Part shown: positions 24,962 through 37,407 of the stretch, piece after piece
How the letters are laid out: each line of letters starts with the position of its first letter
Position numbering within the stretch: the stretch's first letter is position 1
The notes under the pieces: generated by a model
Seen by the model: only the letters and a program-made list of their open reading frames with translations
Told to the model about the DNA's origin: nothing
Databases searched by the model: none
Made by a program: the position numbers and the translations under genes
Source of the DNA: Phoronis australis
Lineage: Eukaryota; Animalia; Phoronida
DNA length: 64,000 nt
Direction of reading: 5' to 3'
NCBI GenBank assembly: GCA_002633005.1
Contig: NMRA01000387.1
Coordinates: 1 to 64,000 of the forward strand

Positions 24962-26238
24962 NAAGCTTGAACTCTGAGCAAGAGGCTGTGCAAAAGAAAG
25001 TTCATTTCCAAGACAAACTACGCAGCATGCTAAGAAGTGACGCGACCCTTGCAAACTCATTTCTCCCCAAACCGACAAGCTGGGCTCCTCTTAATGGCAA
25101 ATGATAGCCACAGCAAAATAAATTTTTATTTCTAATTGATTCTCGATAATGTGCGATTGTGGAGTGGACGTCTGACGAGCCTGGGAACGAAAAGAATGGC
25201 AAATCGACCAGTTGCATTGGTTACGGCCATGCTCATCACAACAGGCACAATAGGCGCAATAGCGTTTATTAAGCATTCTTTCACTTATACGCACCGAAAA
25301 TGATTGAGTGCGTATGGTTCACCTGTCTTAGTGTCATGTAAAACGTTCATCGCGAGCTCTCATTGCACACGGAAATATCCACGCACAGGACACGTTTATT
25401 GATTTCATACAAAGGTGCGATCACGTTCGCTTTCACAAGTGTACGTATGTGTAGTACAACACCGTTTCTTAATTTCAACAGGGCTGCTTATATCGCGATT
25501 TAGCAATCGTAAAGGTTGTCATGAGCTGGTATCAATTTAGACGGAAACATCACGAGTATGCTTTAACAAATACTTAGAAGAATTGAGCCTAACAAAAATG
25601 CAAAAAAAACACACGACAAAGTGAAAAAAGATGCATATAAGAAATTGATAAATACACAAAACGTACCGAGAGTGGCGTTCATGAAGTAATATCCCACGAG
25701 ACATTATTCCGCGATATTACTTCGTGTACGTCAATCGAGGTACGTTTTGTAGTTATCCCATGCGCTTCGAATTCCTAAATTGCTTTTATTTTTTTGGCAG
25801 ATTTTTAAATGCTTTACTCAGACTGTTCACGTGGCGGATCCTATGTATGTACTTGCGCGTTAGGTTGCAAGGTTTGTCTAGTAAAAGAAACAGTTTTAAA
25901 TGTAACGATTTATTACTTGAAAAGAGATGACAAAGATGAAAACAACGATAACCGTGCGTTGAACTTGTAACATCTTCTGAAAGTAGTTAAATAACAACAA
26001 TATTTGAAATTGTGACCGAGGAATCGGCGCCTGAGTTGCAGACGATATAATACTTAGCAATGTTGAAAACTGCAGGAGACAGAATTCAGTGTCATATTAA
26101 CAGTTTTGTACAAGATGTTACGTTTAGGGTCTGATTGCATGTCGAGTGTTATTTATACTGCTGCAAAAGTATTACTTTAAACTATATTCAGAAAGCTTGA
26201 TGGTCGAACTGGCCAACGACGTCGAGTCGACACTGGCC

Positions 26239-26444
26239 CATTAATAAAAACAACCACGGTTTTGAATCGACTTGACATGTTTCGGTGTCATTTATTCATT
26301 ACTTGTTGTTGGGCCTAGCTAGATGTCCACTATATTTTCTCTTCTGATGATGGTGTTTGAATAAATGACACCGAAGCATGGCAAGTCGATTTCAAACCGT
26401 GGTTATTTTTAGTAAATTTATGCTGAACTAGTTGCTATCATGGG
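26239..26444 (+). mobile_element. Second copy of the Penelope-like fragment with hammerhead relic (26341-26385)
   Basis: Duplicate of 5236-5441. The cleavage-site TC is additionally changed to GC. Confidence 0.55.
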
Positions 26445-29308
26445 GACACTGACCTACCTTTTGAACTTTCCATGTTAGAGGTCACTGTTGAAGTGGAGCT
26501 GGAGATGAATACGTATTGCACTCGACAGATTCAACGCGTATGCGATAAAGTATATTTTCAATCCTCATTGGACAAAAACCATAGACAGAAAGTATATGAG
26601 ACCAAGAAATGGCCACACTTCGGCGCAGTGTGACCGAGTATTTTGTAATGAGCGTCGAAGCAGAAAACCAACGTGGTACAATGCACCCACGACAGTTTTG
26701 CTAGGCTTGTTATCATTCCTGAGGGTAAAGTGGAGGTGCCTCAGTCCTAGTACTGCCTCGACCTTTTATTTAGGACTCGCTCACTAATATGCAGGCTCAA
26801 TCACAACTAGCTAAGCATCTGACAACAACCATTTTGTAATGACGTATTGTTTAATTACAAATGTTCGGTCTCCATAAACTTCAGACTCTGAAGAAGTTAC
26901 AAGTTATTCAATTTCTTCGTAAATGTCCCTAATCTCTAGAAATACCTGCTGTGTCACTATCCTAGAAGGCTAGCTGCTATACAGTGTACATACAAAACTA
27001 CACGATATAATATAAGCCAAATTAGTAAACAAAATCGTCCTTGATAACATAGTCAACAAATGGCGTGGTTACTTGGTCCTCATTTTTACAAAACTGTAGC
27101 GAGGACAGACCACCTTGTTTCTGGACGTCTCAGCATCCAGTCCATGCAGTTTTGCTGACCAGAATTTAACAGAAAGCAGTTTGGGAACAGGATATTTCAT
27201 TTTCTGAGCCCCGGCCCTTTAGGCGATTTCTTACACTATGGCTATATGTCACATGTATAAATTGGATAATTTTGATATGGCTTTAAGAACAGTTGTTCAC
27301 TGAATTGCCCATACAAGGGATTGCATTTTCCAATAAAGCAAGTCTCTCTACTTTTTGTGTACTATATGTTTTTCATATGTATTCTGACATTGGGAGAAAT
27401 TTCCTTTGAAATTGTACGCTTAATGCCAAGAAATCTTGGGAATGGTAAAACTTTAAAAGTCTAATTAGTTTTCATTACAGTAAACTCGAAATACACGCAA
27501 TTCTAAATATGCATGCTGATATTCAACAGAAGTCTACTTTACTAAGGTATTCTTTTTGCATTTCTTTCTTTACGTCAGAATATAGTTTAATGTTATTTTT
27601 TTTCAATCCCCATCGGTCGCCACTTTATTTTTTTCCTATTATCCGGACCCGCACCCGGTCACCGCTCCCCATTAATGACTTTACTTCACGATTCTTGACA
27701 ATCTAAGAAAGGGTAAAATTACGTAGACTATCGTGCCATCCTCGCTGAGCGATTGTCGGTGAGCGTTTTAGGGTTCGGACCACATAGCATCCACGTTCCT
27801 CGACGTGAACTTAATTTGATATTGCTAATTTACCGGTTTATTCTACATTATAATGTTTTTAAGACGAAGAATACTGATAAAATGTCACTTTTCTATCTCC
27901 GACACTTCGATGCAGCAGCACTGAATTAAGTTTTAAGTTCATTACAGGGTTTACTTTTGGATCACAGACACATAGTGACGAATGAGGAAATAGCCAATCA
28001 AAGAATCTGACTGTCTGACACCACAGTTCAAACACATCAGTGGCATCTAATGGTAGACATTAGAGGCTCGTTTTATGTGAAATGCATGAATTTGTAGGGG
28101 TAAACATGTCATATTCAACGCACTCCAACGCGGCCACTAATTTGCGATCTTCAAGGACCGAGTAGCCGTCTTGGATAGCTGATAACCTGAATAGTTTCAT
28201 TTCAATCACATTTGAGACTACTTCAAATGCGCCAACAGAGTCGCCTCCTGGTAATGTCTTCTTGGGCCCTCGATCTAATTTTTTCTCGAAATCAAATACG
28301 ATATTATTGTCTTGGCATTTTCTATTTTACTTTTGTGCGAACTCGTGATAAGTGTCCATTATTCTATGCTCTAGTACTGAATAACTGCCTGTTAAACTTG
28401 ATGTCCCCAGCATTAGGCTAAATGTTGAGGTTGAGCACGAAATTTCGAAATTTTACTTGAAATCTCTAGTTTTAATTCGACTTTGCCGTAACTCGAATCT
28501 AGGAGTCACCAAATGCAGAAAAATTGGACTAGACAATCATATACATAAACCGTACTCGGGCACGGTATAATATACACTTAAATTGAATTTGCACAAAACT
28601 AAAATTAAAATTGCCAAAAACAATTTCCATTTCCATTTCGAGTACCTACAAAAATTAGTAACAGACCCAGGTGTTTCGAATGTGTACACACGATCGGCCA
28701 CCTTTGGATGAATGACCTAGGTCACGACAATTGGTCACGCGCCAAGAACACGATAATTAGGCTCTAGAACGCGAGTTTCACATGACGTGTAGCGAGTTTA
28801 TCATTACATGTTTACTTTAGCCAAAACACGAGGAATAACACTCGTAAAGCAAACTGGGTGGCCGTTAGTTTATGAAGGAAGATCGTACACAGCAACATTA
28901 AGAGTGATATCGATTTTCACTCATTTTTGTGCATCAACTTGATTGCTCTAATTGTTAAATGTAAAACAAGAAACTCAACACTGAAAAGTACGAACGGTTT
29001 TAGAAAAACACAGAAATTCGTGTTCGTAAATAAATATTTCCATCAATGCATAATCAAAGATACTATAAAATCTTTGGAATAATCGAGCATTGATGTTATT
29101 GGAACTAGACTTTGCGAACCTTTCCATATTTGCTTTATTTGCATGATTTCTGCTCTTGTTTTATTATTGCAAATGGGTTCACTGTTGACAGGAAAGAAAT
29201 AGCCGCACTAGCCATTGTCCCGCTTTTTACTTCATAATATTTACAGCAAAGTAGGAAATTCACCGAGTGACATAGTCACGTGGACATATGTCTACTTCTT
29301 TGTTTCAG

Positions 29309-29415
29309 CTTGCGACCGTAATGGTGTCTCTTGTTCTAAAGGGAAGCGATGTCGGGATGACTCTTATACATACGTGTGCGAATGGGAAGATCGAATCAAT
29401 TTGTTTTCTATGTGA
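29309..29415 (+). pseudogene. Orphan copy of exon 6 (pseudo-exon or alternative last exon)
   Basis: Intact acceptor tctacttctttgtttcag. Phase-1 reading ACDRNGVSCSKGKRCRDDSYTYVCEWEDRINLFSM* (TGA>TGG read-through). The preceding ~200 bp is homologous to gene A intron 5. Confidence 0.6.
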
Positions 29416-29773
29416 CTGCAATCAAAAGAGCGCCTTTTTGCCATCAGTTGATGCTGATTGTGAGGAGCTATTGTCTAAAGTTAATGTTTGCCATCCGCGA
29501 CATGTAAATATATTCAGTTTATGTGTATATGTATTTGAAAAGACTGAAATTGAAAATTGATCGGTTTAGCCTATTGTATGTGTTCTACCATCGTTTAACA
29601 ATTAATGTTTTGAGTGCGTGTGGTCTGATACGCGTTGCTTCAGCCTTGGATAGGTCGCTCAGCATCAAACAATGGAAGCCAGATTCATTTACTAAATTAG
29701 ATATCGAACACATATAACATATACACAAATTAAGACCAAGTTGGTAGCTAGAGACCTGAATCAATGGTCTAGC

Positions 29774-30360
29774 ACTCGCTGGTTCCCTGCGTGCCGCTAG
29801 GTGGGGCGGTAGCAGCGCCAGCGCGCAGGTATCACTCAAATTTTCCTCAGTAAATATTTTTATTTTTACACTAGCGTTTCTGATTGGCTAGTCGAATTCT
29901 CAACCGGCAGCGCTTTACGCAAACAAACTGGCATGACTGATGGACTGAAGCGTAATGTGGTCTGTTGTACAGACAAATCGGTTCTTAAAATTTATGTTCA
30001 GGAAATGTGAAGCCTAGAAATTGCGATTGCGACTTTTCCGAATGCATCTTTCTACTGTCGATGACTTTTGTTTACAATAGCGTCCTGTATTCATACAGTA
30101 TGAATAACACACTGGTTAAATTGGCCAGATATGTGTTTGTTGTACACGCGGCTATTAAACATCACTGCAGAAACGAAATAGTTTCTGCGACGCCACCTGC
30201 ACGACAAGGGTAAAAATCGTTCACAGTCAGCAATTCTTTCACGGTGTTGTAAAGCTAAGCAATGACTATCGAGGTTACATTGACCATTGCTAAAGCGCGT
30301 GCCACTGAGTGTGTGATACCTGCGTGCTGGCTGGGCTAAGCACGCAGGGAACCAGCGAGG
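29774..30360 (+). mobile_element. MITE with TIR (c)ctcgctggttccctgcgtgc
   Basis: Terminal inverted repeats at both ends. Flanks ggtctagc/ggtctaac resemble an 8-bp TSD with one mismatch. Confidence 0.7.
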
Positions 30361-30380
30361 GGTCTAACACTGGGGTGCAG

Positions 30381-30423
30381 TGGGATTCGAACCTACGACC
30401 TCAGGTCGTAGGTTCGAATCCCA
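30381..30423. repeat. Perfect 20-bp-arm palindrome made of tRNA B-box/T-arm sequence
   Basis: tgggattcgaacctacgacc-tca-ggtcgtaggttcgaatccca. Confidence 0.85.
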
Positions 30424-30929
30424 ACAAGAGGTACTAGGAAGTAGGCACTCCACGAACTAGCGCACACTGACTCATCTAAATGTTGATATTACGTTTGCAT
30501 AGAGAAGAATTGCGCTAATGCTGAAAAACATGCTCTCAATAATAACGCTTGTGCGGACTGTGAAAGAAAAACTGACAGCCCTGTACCAGGCTCCTCGTTA
30601 AAATGTGGGTTACAAACACGCCCGGCATGGGCCATAGCTTACAGGGTGCAACTTCACTGTAGAGGAGCGTTATTTTTTGTTTTGACAATGTGATGTCACA
30701 ACCATTGTTTATTATGAAAGAAAAGACTCGAGTCATCGTGTTGTGGCTTTCGCGTGACATAAAATTTGTCTAGACAATAGGATGACTATTACATAAACGC
30801 TAAAGTCTTTTCAAGCGAAAAACATTATTGGTTGCTACAGTTTTGTAAGGAGAGTGAACTGTGAAATCGATGGCTCCATTCAAAGTTTTGAACATTTCTG
30901 TTCGGTGGATGACATAAACATATTCGCCG

Positions 30930-31484
30930 CCTCGCTGGTTCCCTGCGTGCTTAGCCCAGCCAGCAAGCAGGTATCACACAGTGGCACGTGCTTTAGCATT
31001 GGTCAATGTAACCTCGGCAGGCATTGGTTAGCTTTACAACACCGTGAAAAAATGGCGGGCTGTGAACGATTTTTAGCCTTGTCATGCAAGTGATGTTTAA
31101 TAGCCGCGTGCTTGAAGCACATACATGTACAATAAACACATACATGTATCTGGCCGATTTAACCGGTGTGTTATTCCTACTGTGTGAACACAGGACAGCA
31201 ACGTAAACAAAGTCAACGACAGTAGAAAGATGCACTCCGAAATGGCGCAACCACAATTTTCTGGGATTCACATTTCTTGAACACTGAATTTGAAGCACCG
31301 CTTTGTCTGTACAACAGATCATATTTACACTTCAGTCCACCAGTCATGCCAGTTTGTTTGCGTAATGCGCTGCCTGTTGAGAATTCGACCAGCCAATCAG
31401 TAATAATAATAAAAAATCCCGAAGAAAATTAAGTGATACCTACGTGCTGGCTACCACCTAGCGGCACGCAGGGAACCAGCGAGG
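30930..31484 (-). mobile_element. Second copy of the same MITE, inverted relative to 29774-30360
   Basis: Same TIRs, and the interior is the reverse complement of the first copy. Confidence 0.75.
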
Positions 31485-32837
31485 ACACGAACTCGCCGAA
31501 AGTGTTCTTGCTGAGCCTCCCTGTGGACGGTAAAAAATAAAGCAACTTAAAATACTACCCATCAGCATAACTGACAAAGCATACATAAAAACTGCCTTAT
31601 TATGGCACAAAAATTAGACAAAAACGTAGTTTACTGATACAGCATCAAACATTTTTAACCTCTTAAAATCATGCATGTACTTGCATTTATCAAATCGACA
31701 AAGAAAGCCGAGAATCCTTTTAAAAGTCTCGTTGTCCGAAAAACAAAAATATTTCTTGACTCTGAAAGAGTCTGAAATTGATGAACAGCAAACAACATAG
31801 TAAAATAAAAGTATCATCTGCTTGCAGGGCCACATGCTATTTGTAATCCAGCGTGAAACCCAATTATTGGGTCCTGTTCCATTATCAAAGATAATCCAGC
31901 ATTGGATTTACTTGGGATGGTCTTCAAAAAGGCATGATTTTGAATTAATCCACCTCAGCGTTTCAGTATGTTCAGTGCAGTTAAATTACAATTTCCTCTA
32001 CAGAACAAATGACTTGTCATAGCTCTTTGTCAATTTTTTGTTAGTTATATCTGTCTCAGTGATTTAACCAAAAGTTCAAAAACCTTCATCTGAGTCTGGA
32101 CAGGTTGGGCATAAGACACGTCATTCAAATTTTGACGCGTCACTGTTGAATACCCTAAACACCTGGTATAGTCTTGCCCAGTTTATTATACATGTAGGCT
32201 AAGGATTTAGCTGCTAGAAGGCACTGTTACATGACCACAGTATACAGTACATGGCAACAGATGAAAGGTCTGCTCGTTTTCTTAAAAGAGACAGGCAGAC
32301 TTGAAAACTTCCTTTACGACGATCCTGATAAATAACGAGGTTTTATTATTTTAGCTCAGGTGTTAAGTACAGTAGGCCCAACCATAAACCATGCGCACGC
32401 CTGATGCACCGAAAATAACCAACTGCATTTGCTTTTTTTACTTGGGAGTAGTTTATGATTTGGGGAGAGTGGTTGTTTGCCTACTGGAGATATATTCATT
32501 TGCCTAGGTCGCAGACAAGGCGCGCGATCACATCATTGCAGTAGGAGCGGGCGCCAGACCTTTTACAAGACACATTCCAGAGAGTCACAATGCCGGATGG
32601 CAAGTTTAATTTGTGTATGCAAGAGTGGTGGTAGTAGCTCCATCATGATGTTTTCAATTACTACAATTATTTAAAGCAACATTTACCTAAAACACAACGG
32701 AAAATAAAAACCACAATGCTTAGTCACAAATAATATGGTGAACGAGTTCCGTTCCCAATCACTGATTGTCGTCAACGAAGAATGGCATAAAACCACTCAT
32801 TTTTGCAGGGTTCGTTTTGACCGAACTCCTCCGCGTG

Positions 32838-34610
32838 CATGGGCGGCGCACTGTAGAAGTAATTCACGCGGCGGACATTAAAATCCAAATCGAGGTTCAC
32901 TGAGATAAACAAAGCGGAAGTTGACATTGCGTGAGTTAAATGGCCGGTCTTTCGAGTCCAACCTGAATATTAAATCTTAAAAATGTGTCGATAATTAACC
33001 ACAGAGACGTAGAAAAATACATTAGAGAACAAGTCAATACACCAAAGAGTTGTCTGGCGAAAGGGTATAAGTTTTTTTCGGAGAAATAGGTTCGAAACAT
33101 GGAAAGTAAATATTACCAAACTGCGGCGATCGTAGTATTACTGATTGGGTATTATGCTGAATGTAGGGTTACGTTTCTTCTTGTAAATTGTTGATAAAAA
33201 TGCTTTCTACACGAACCAGGTCACCTGCTTGTATTGTTGACGAGTTGAAAATATATTCGACAGTGGTGGCTCATCGCATTTGTTGTCATGTGCAATTAGC
33301 CACATCTGGTTTAATTTGTTGATCAGACAAATATTAACATCAAGCATAGCCTAGGTCCTGGTGAGTTAGGGACTACCGAAACTAACAGTTGATTTGTTAT
33401 TGATCTGAAAGAATATCTGATGTTATTGAATATATATTTTATTAAAATAAAAAACAAATTATTTTACCATTTTTTTAAATTTTGAAAAAAATTAAAAACG
33501 AGCACAGATCCAGAAATTGCTTTCGCATTATATTCAGGTTCTCATTCACTCCCTTGTACACATTCACAAGTAATTATTTGACCATCAGTTCTGCTTTCTT
33601 GGTTTTAATAATTCTTACGTCTATTTCATGTGTTAGGTTTCAAATATCAATCTGGACCAAGTTAAATTTTAAAATTAAAACACCTAATTCATTCGTAAAG
33701 CATAACCTCGTTTTAGAGCTCAATTTCAGTTAACTGGACAGCGCAAGCATAGTTATCATGTTTCTTTAGGGGCCTCATTCATCCGAGGGGAAAGGTGTCT
33801 GTGTCTTCTGACTGAGAGGGGGATTTTTTCGCCGAGTAAGGGGAAAAGCCTACCTCCCGATCATCATCAATAGCACCCCCGCCCTGTTGCAAGCTCTCAT
33901 AGCCTCTGTCTCAAGTAGCATTTTGTGCCCTTTCAAATTTCACCCATGTGGTTACCGGTGATTTGAACTTTGCGGAAGAGAACTTTTCAATCCGCACTAG
34001 AGGAATTTTCACGGCCTCGTGGGGAGAATTTCGGGGGATTGTTCAATATTTTTGAGAGGGGAATAGGACCGATATTTGGCCCCAAAATCGAGGGATTGAG
34101 GGCCCTGACCTTTTTGGAAAGAAAAATGCACCACCTTTCAACCCGCAGTTATTGTAACGAAAACAGCCTGGCTGGCCGACTCAAAGATTCTCCGGTCGTT
34201 GCTGATGATGCTCGGCAACCGAGATGCGTCAAAATATGATCTAACTTTTCGAACACTTATAAATTTTACACGGACATATTTTCCTTCGTTGCGACGTATG
34301 ACAACGACCCAACACTTCCGAATCTCAGCGTCTTTAGGGATTGTAAAACAGACAGTTGAGTGTCCGTATTTTTTCTAGCTGTTCGAGCAACGCGGAATAC
34401 AACCAGTATGCCGATAAGCCAACAGAGCTATTGTAGCGAACCTCGTTTTGGAACGCGCCTCCTGTCGGCGTGAATTGGGTCTATAGGGGGCTGGGGGCTA
34501 TAGCCCCACCACTTTTGTCAGTGCTACGCAGCCTATGGTCCTAGATCGCTGCACCACAGGGGGCTGGAGGCTATAGACCTCCCACTATTTTCAGTGACGC
34601 ACCGCCCATG
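32838..34610. mobile_element. Possible non-autonomous hAT-like element
   Basis: Ends catgggcggcgca... and ...gcaccgcccatg, with subterminal ggggct/agcccc repeats at 34480-34610. A related piece sits at 63849-63960. No TSD seen. Confidence 0.35.
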
Positions 34611-34985
34611 AAGTGACAGGTGAAATTACCAAGTCGTTTGATGGTGGAAACCAACTGCTCTCAGTACAAGGATATTTTGAGATCTATTTCTCATCGTAAA
34701 TCATTCTATTTCATGTTTAATTTAAATTGAGGACGAAAGTACTTACAAAATATGTTAAAATATCACTCACGCCACCTGGCAGTGAGTATCATGTTCTTCA
34801 TTGGAACTTTCTTTACAAACTACAACCAGGTGAAACTATGTTTGATTTCACTGTACATTTAACGCTGCTACTTGGTTCGAAAAAATGTCTAGTGATTCGC
34901 ATCTCATCAAAATTTGAAAGACACCACGACACCACACTTCGTCATCATATTTTTAAGGTCTGAAAGTCCTTATAAGTTTTATTGA

Positions 34986-35065
34986 CTATTCACACGTATG
35001 GCTGTAAATGTCGTCTCGGCAACTTTTCCCCTGAGGACACGTGACATTTGCACAATCGTCGTCAT
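34986..35065 (-). CDS. Gene B exon 6 (half-EGF, stop)
   Basis: gttacag|AT. Reads DDDDCANVTCPQGKSCRDDIYSHTCE*. Confidence 0.9.
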
Positions 35066-37376
35066 CTGTAACATAAAAAGCTGGGTGTAACAAATCCGAA
35101 TATCACTTTTGAGGCTGTTAGGAGTATCACAATAATAACTGAGCCAGAGAAGACTGTTGAAAGTCGGATCCTTCTTAATTCCCTGTTAACAGAGATGAAT
35201 TTATCATGTATCACCATCTTTGATAAACGTTGTTTTGGTGATGATCGTAGTTTTGGCGTTTAATACGGCAAGAAAGCGTTCTTACTCGGAAATGAGGAAA
35301 CAATGGCCCGAATGCAGTTCATTGATCGCTTCAAAGGGAAATTCACCGCCGCTAAGTTGATTTTTATTCCACTGTTGGAAGTTTGCGATTTCGGTTTGAC
35401 CTACATGTAATTAGAGCTGCGTGGGTCTTCTTGTGTCTGCGATGTTAAAGATTACATCACCGCCATTACTTACTATAATTCGACAACCGATGGCCCTAAA
35501 GACTTAAAATACATTAACTTTTAATTCACTTATCATAATTTATAACAGTGGCCACAGTAGCTTTCGTCACGGTAGATAAATATTGATTTTTATGAACTCG
35601 CGGGGAACTAGCAGTTCGTTATTGAGACCCTCTGCTCGGCGCATAAAATGACCCATGGGCCAACCGAACTTGAGCCATCATTATAATGAACTGGCTCTTT
35701 CTTACCAAGCCAAGAAATTCCTTTTAATTTGAGTCCCTTACGGGAAAGGGTTTAATTAAATTCCAAAGTCATTTTTAGACGAAAGACGGGTTGTTTTTCA
35801 TTAGATTGATTTGTTTGTTTCTGCCTGATGAAGTTTCAGGGATTAACATGCCACACTTCGAGAATATCAGCAGTCACGTGGCAAACGACTGTCGAGCATT
35901 ATTTCATACACATAATGGAATTGGCTTCTAGCAATGACCATTGGTTCTGTCAAAGAGACAAACTTTTTTATTCAGACCTCATGCACCTACTTATCTCGAC
36001 TTATTCTCAGCTCAGATGAGATGTGGTTTTGGATTTTGAAAAACGCTGTGGCTCGAGACCACGCTTGAAGCTTAAAAATAACACGCTGTGACTAACCAGG
36101 TTGTGTAGCCTGGCTTTAAGCAATGGCGAATTGTCATTTTTTCTAGCCCCAAAACCACTTCTCACCTGAATTAAAAACAAGTTGAGATCAGTTATATAAC
36201 TGCTAGAAGTCTAGGTCAAAAAGTATATAATTTCTTTGACCACAGATTGTAGATGATTAGCCGCTTTAAATACCAATTGTCAGTGCTTAAAGTAGCCCAT
36301 CGTTATACAAGCCAACTTGCGGAGACTCGCATCAAACAATAAAGAACTGTCAATTCATTCCATGCTAAAGCCCGACAATTAACTCCAATTTCACTAAGGA
36401 GAGTTTGACACGTTTATTTTAAAAAGATGGTCTAAGTAAAATGTTGCCTTTTAAGACAGAAGGCTGGCCTTATAGCGGCTACAACAGATATTTGAAGAAA
36501 TATGGCATACGCTGTCGTCATGCAAGTTACCTGGTGAAAGAGACTAAGTTTACGAAAGGAACAAGCTACAGTGTATTTACGTTACCTTTGAAATACAACG
36601 TTAGTCCATTGCTGTTGCTCGGCGAATTACAACCAGGATCATACAGTAGATCCGCGCCGTAGGAATTTTCGACTCCGTACTGACTGTTGAAACCAGCTCC
36701 ACACATGCCGTGCCCTATGCTGAGTGAAGATATGCAGTCACAGCCATCATCGTCAATCATGAGCGACATGACGCCATGCTCTTTGCGATACTGAACAGAA
36801 TCTTGATTAGCGGACGGTGCAGATCCTGGAAACGAGAGTTTGCCATGACCTGTTTTTTCAAATCCAAAATCAGCGAAAACTGTTGAGAGCCATGTGCAGG
36901 ACCAAATTCTCGTAATGTCCCAAATTGTCACAACTTCAAAATTGTGACAATTTGGGTCAGTGCTGCAAAAAATGTTGCGCGTGATACTTTGGGTCTGTAC
37001 TATAGTACCGACCCAAACTGTCAAAACGGTCCAAACTGTCGCAATGACCTAAGATGCAGGGAAATATTTTAGCTTTTGAAATTGGATGTTCCAACAAAAA
37101 GGGCGTGCTTTCTAATTTTAAGAGGAAAAAAACATTTTGTTGTCAAGGGAGAGGGAGAGGGAAAGGCGGAAGTGACTGGATAGAGGGAGGAAGGGAGGGA
37201 GGGGGAGAGAGGGTGTTTTTTAGAGCAAGACTATACACTACTAAAGTAAACCTTGGCCAGTATTTAAGGCTGGTTTCTTATGGATAAATAAAGCGTGAAT
37301 TCAAGGTACTGAAATGAACGATATGACGTCTCAAGTCTCTCAAAAACGTAGAATCCTGTGATTGTATACACACATA

Positions 37377-37407
<31 letters not shown>

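Noticed and set aside
34195-34235. CTGATGA followed by a hairpin (also 35825-35875) as further hammerheads
   Set aside because: No intact GAAA, and stem I pairing is not in register.
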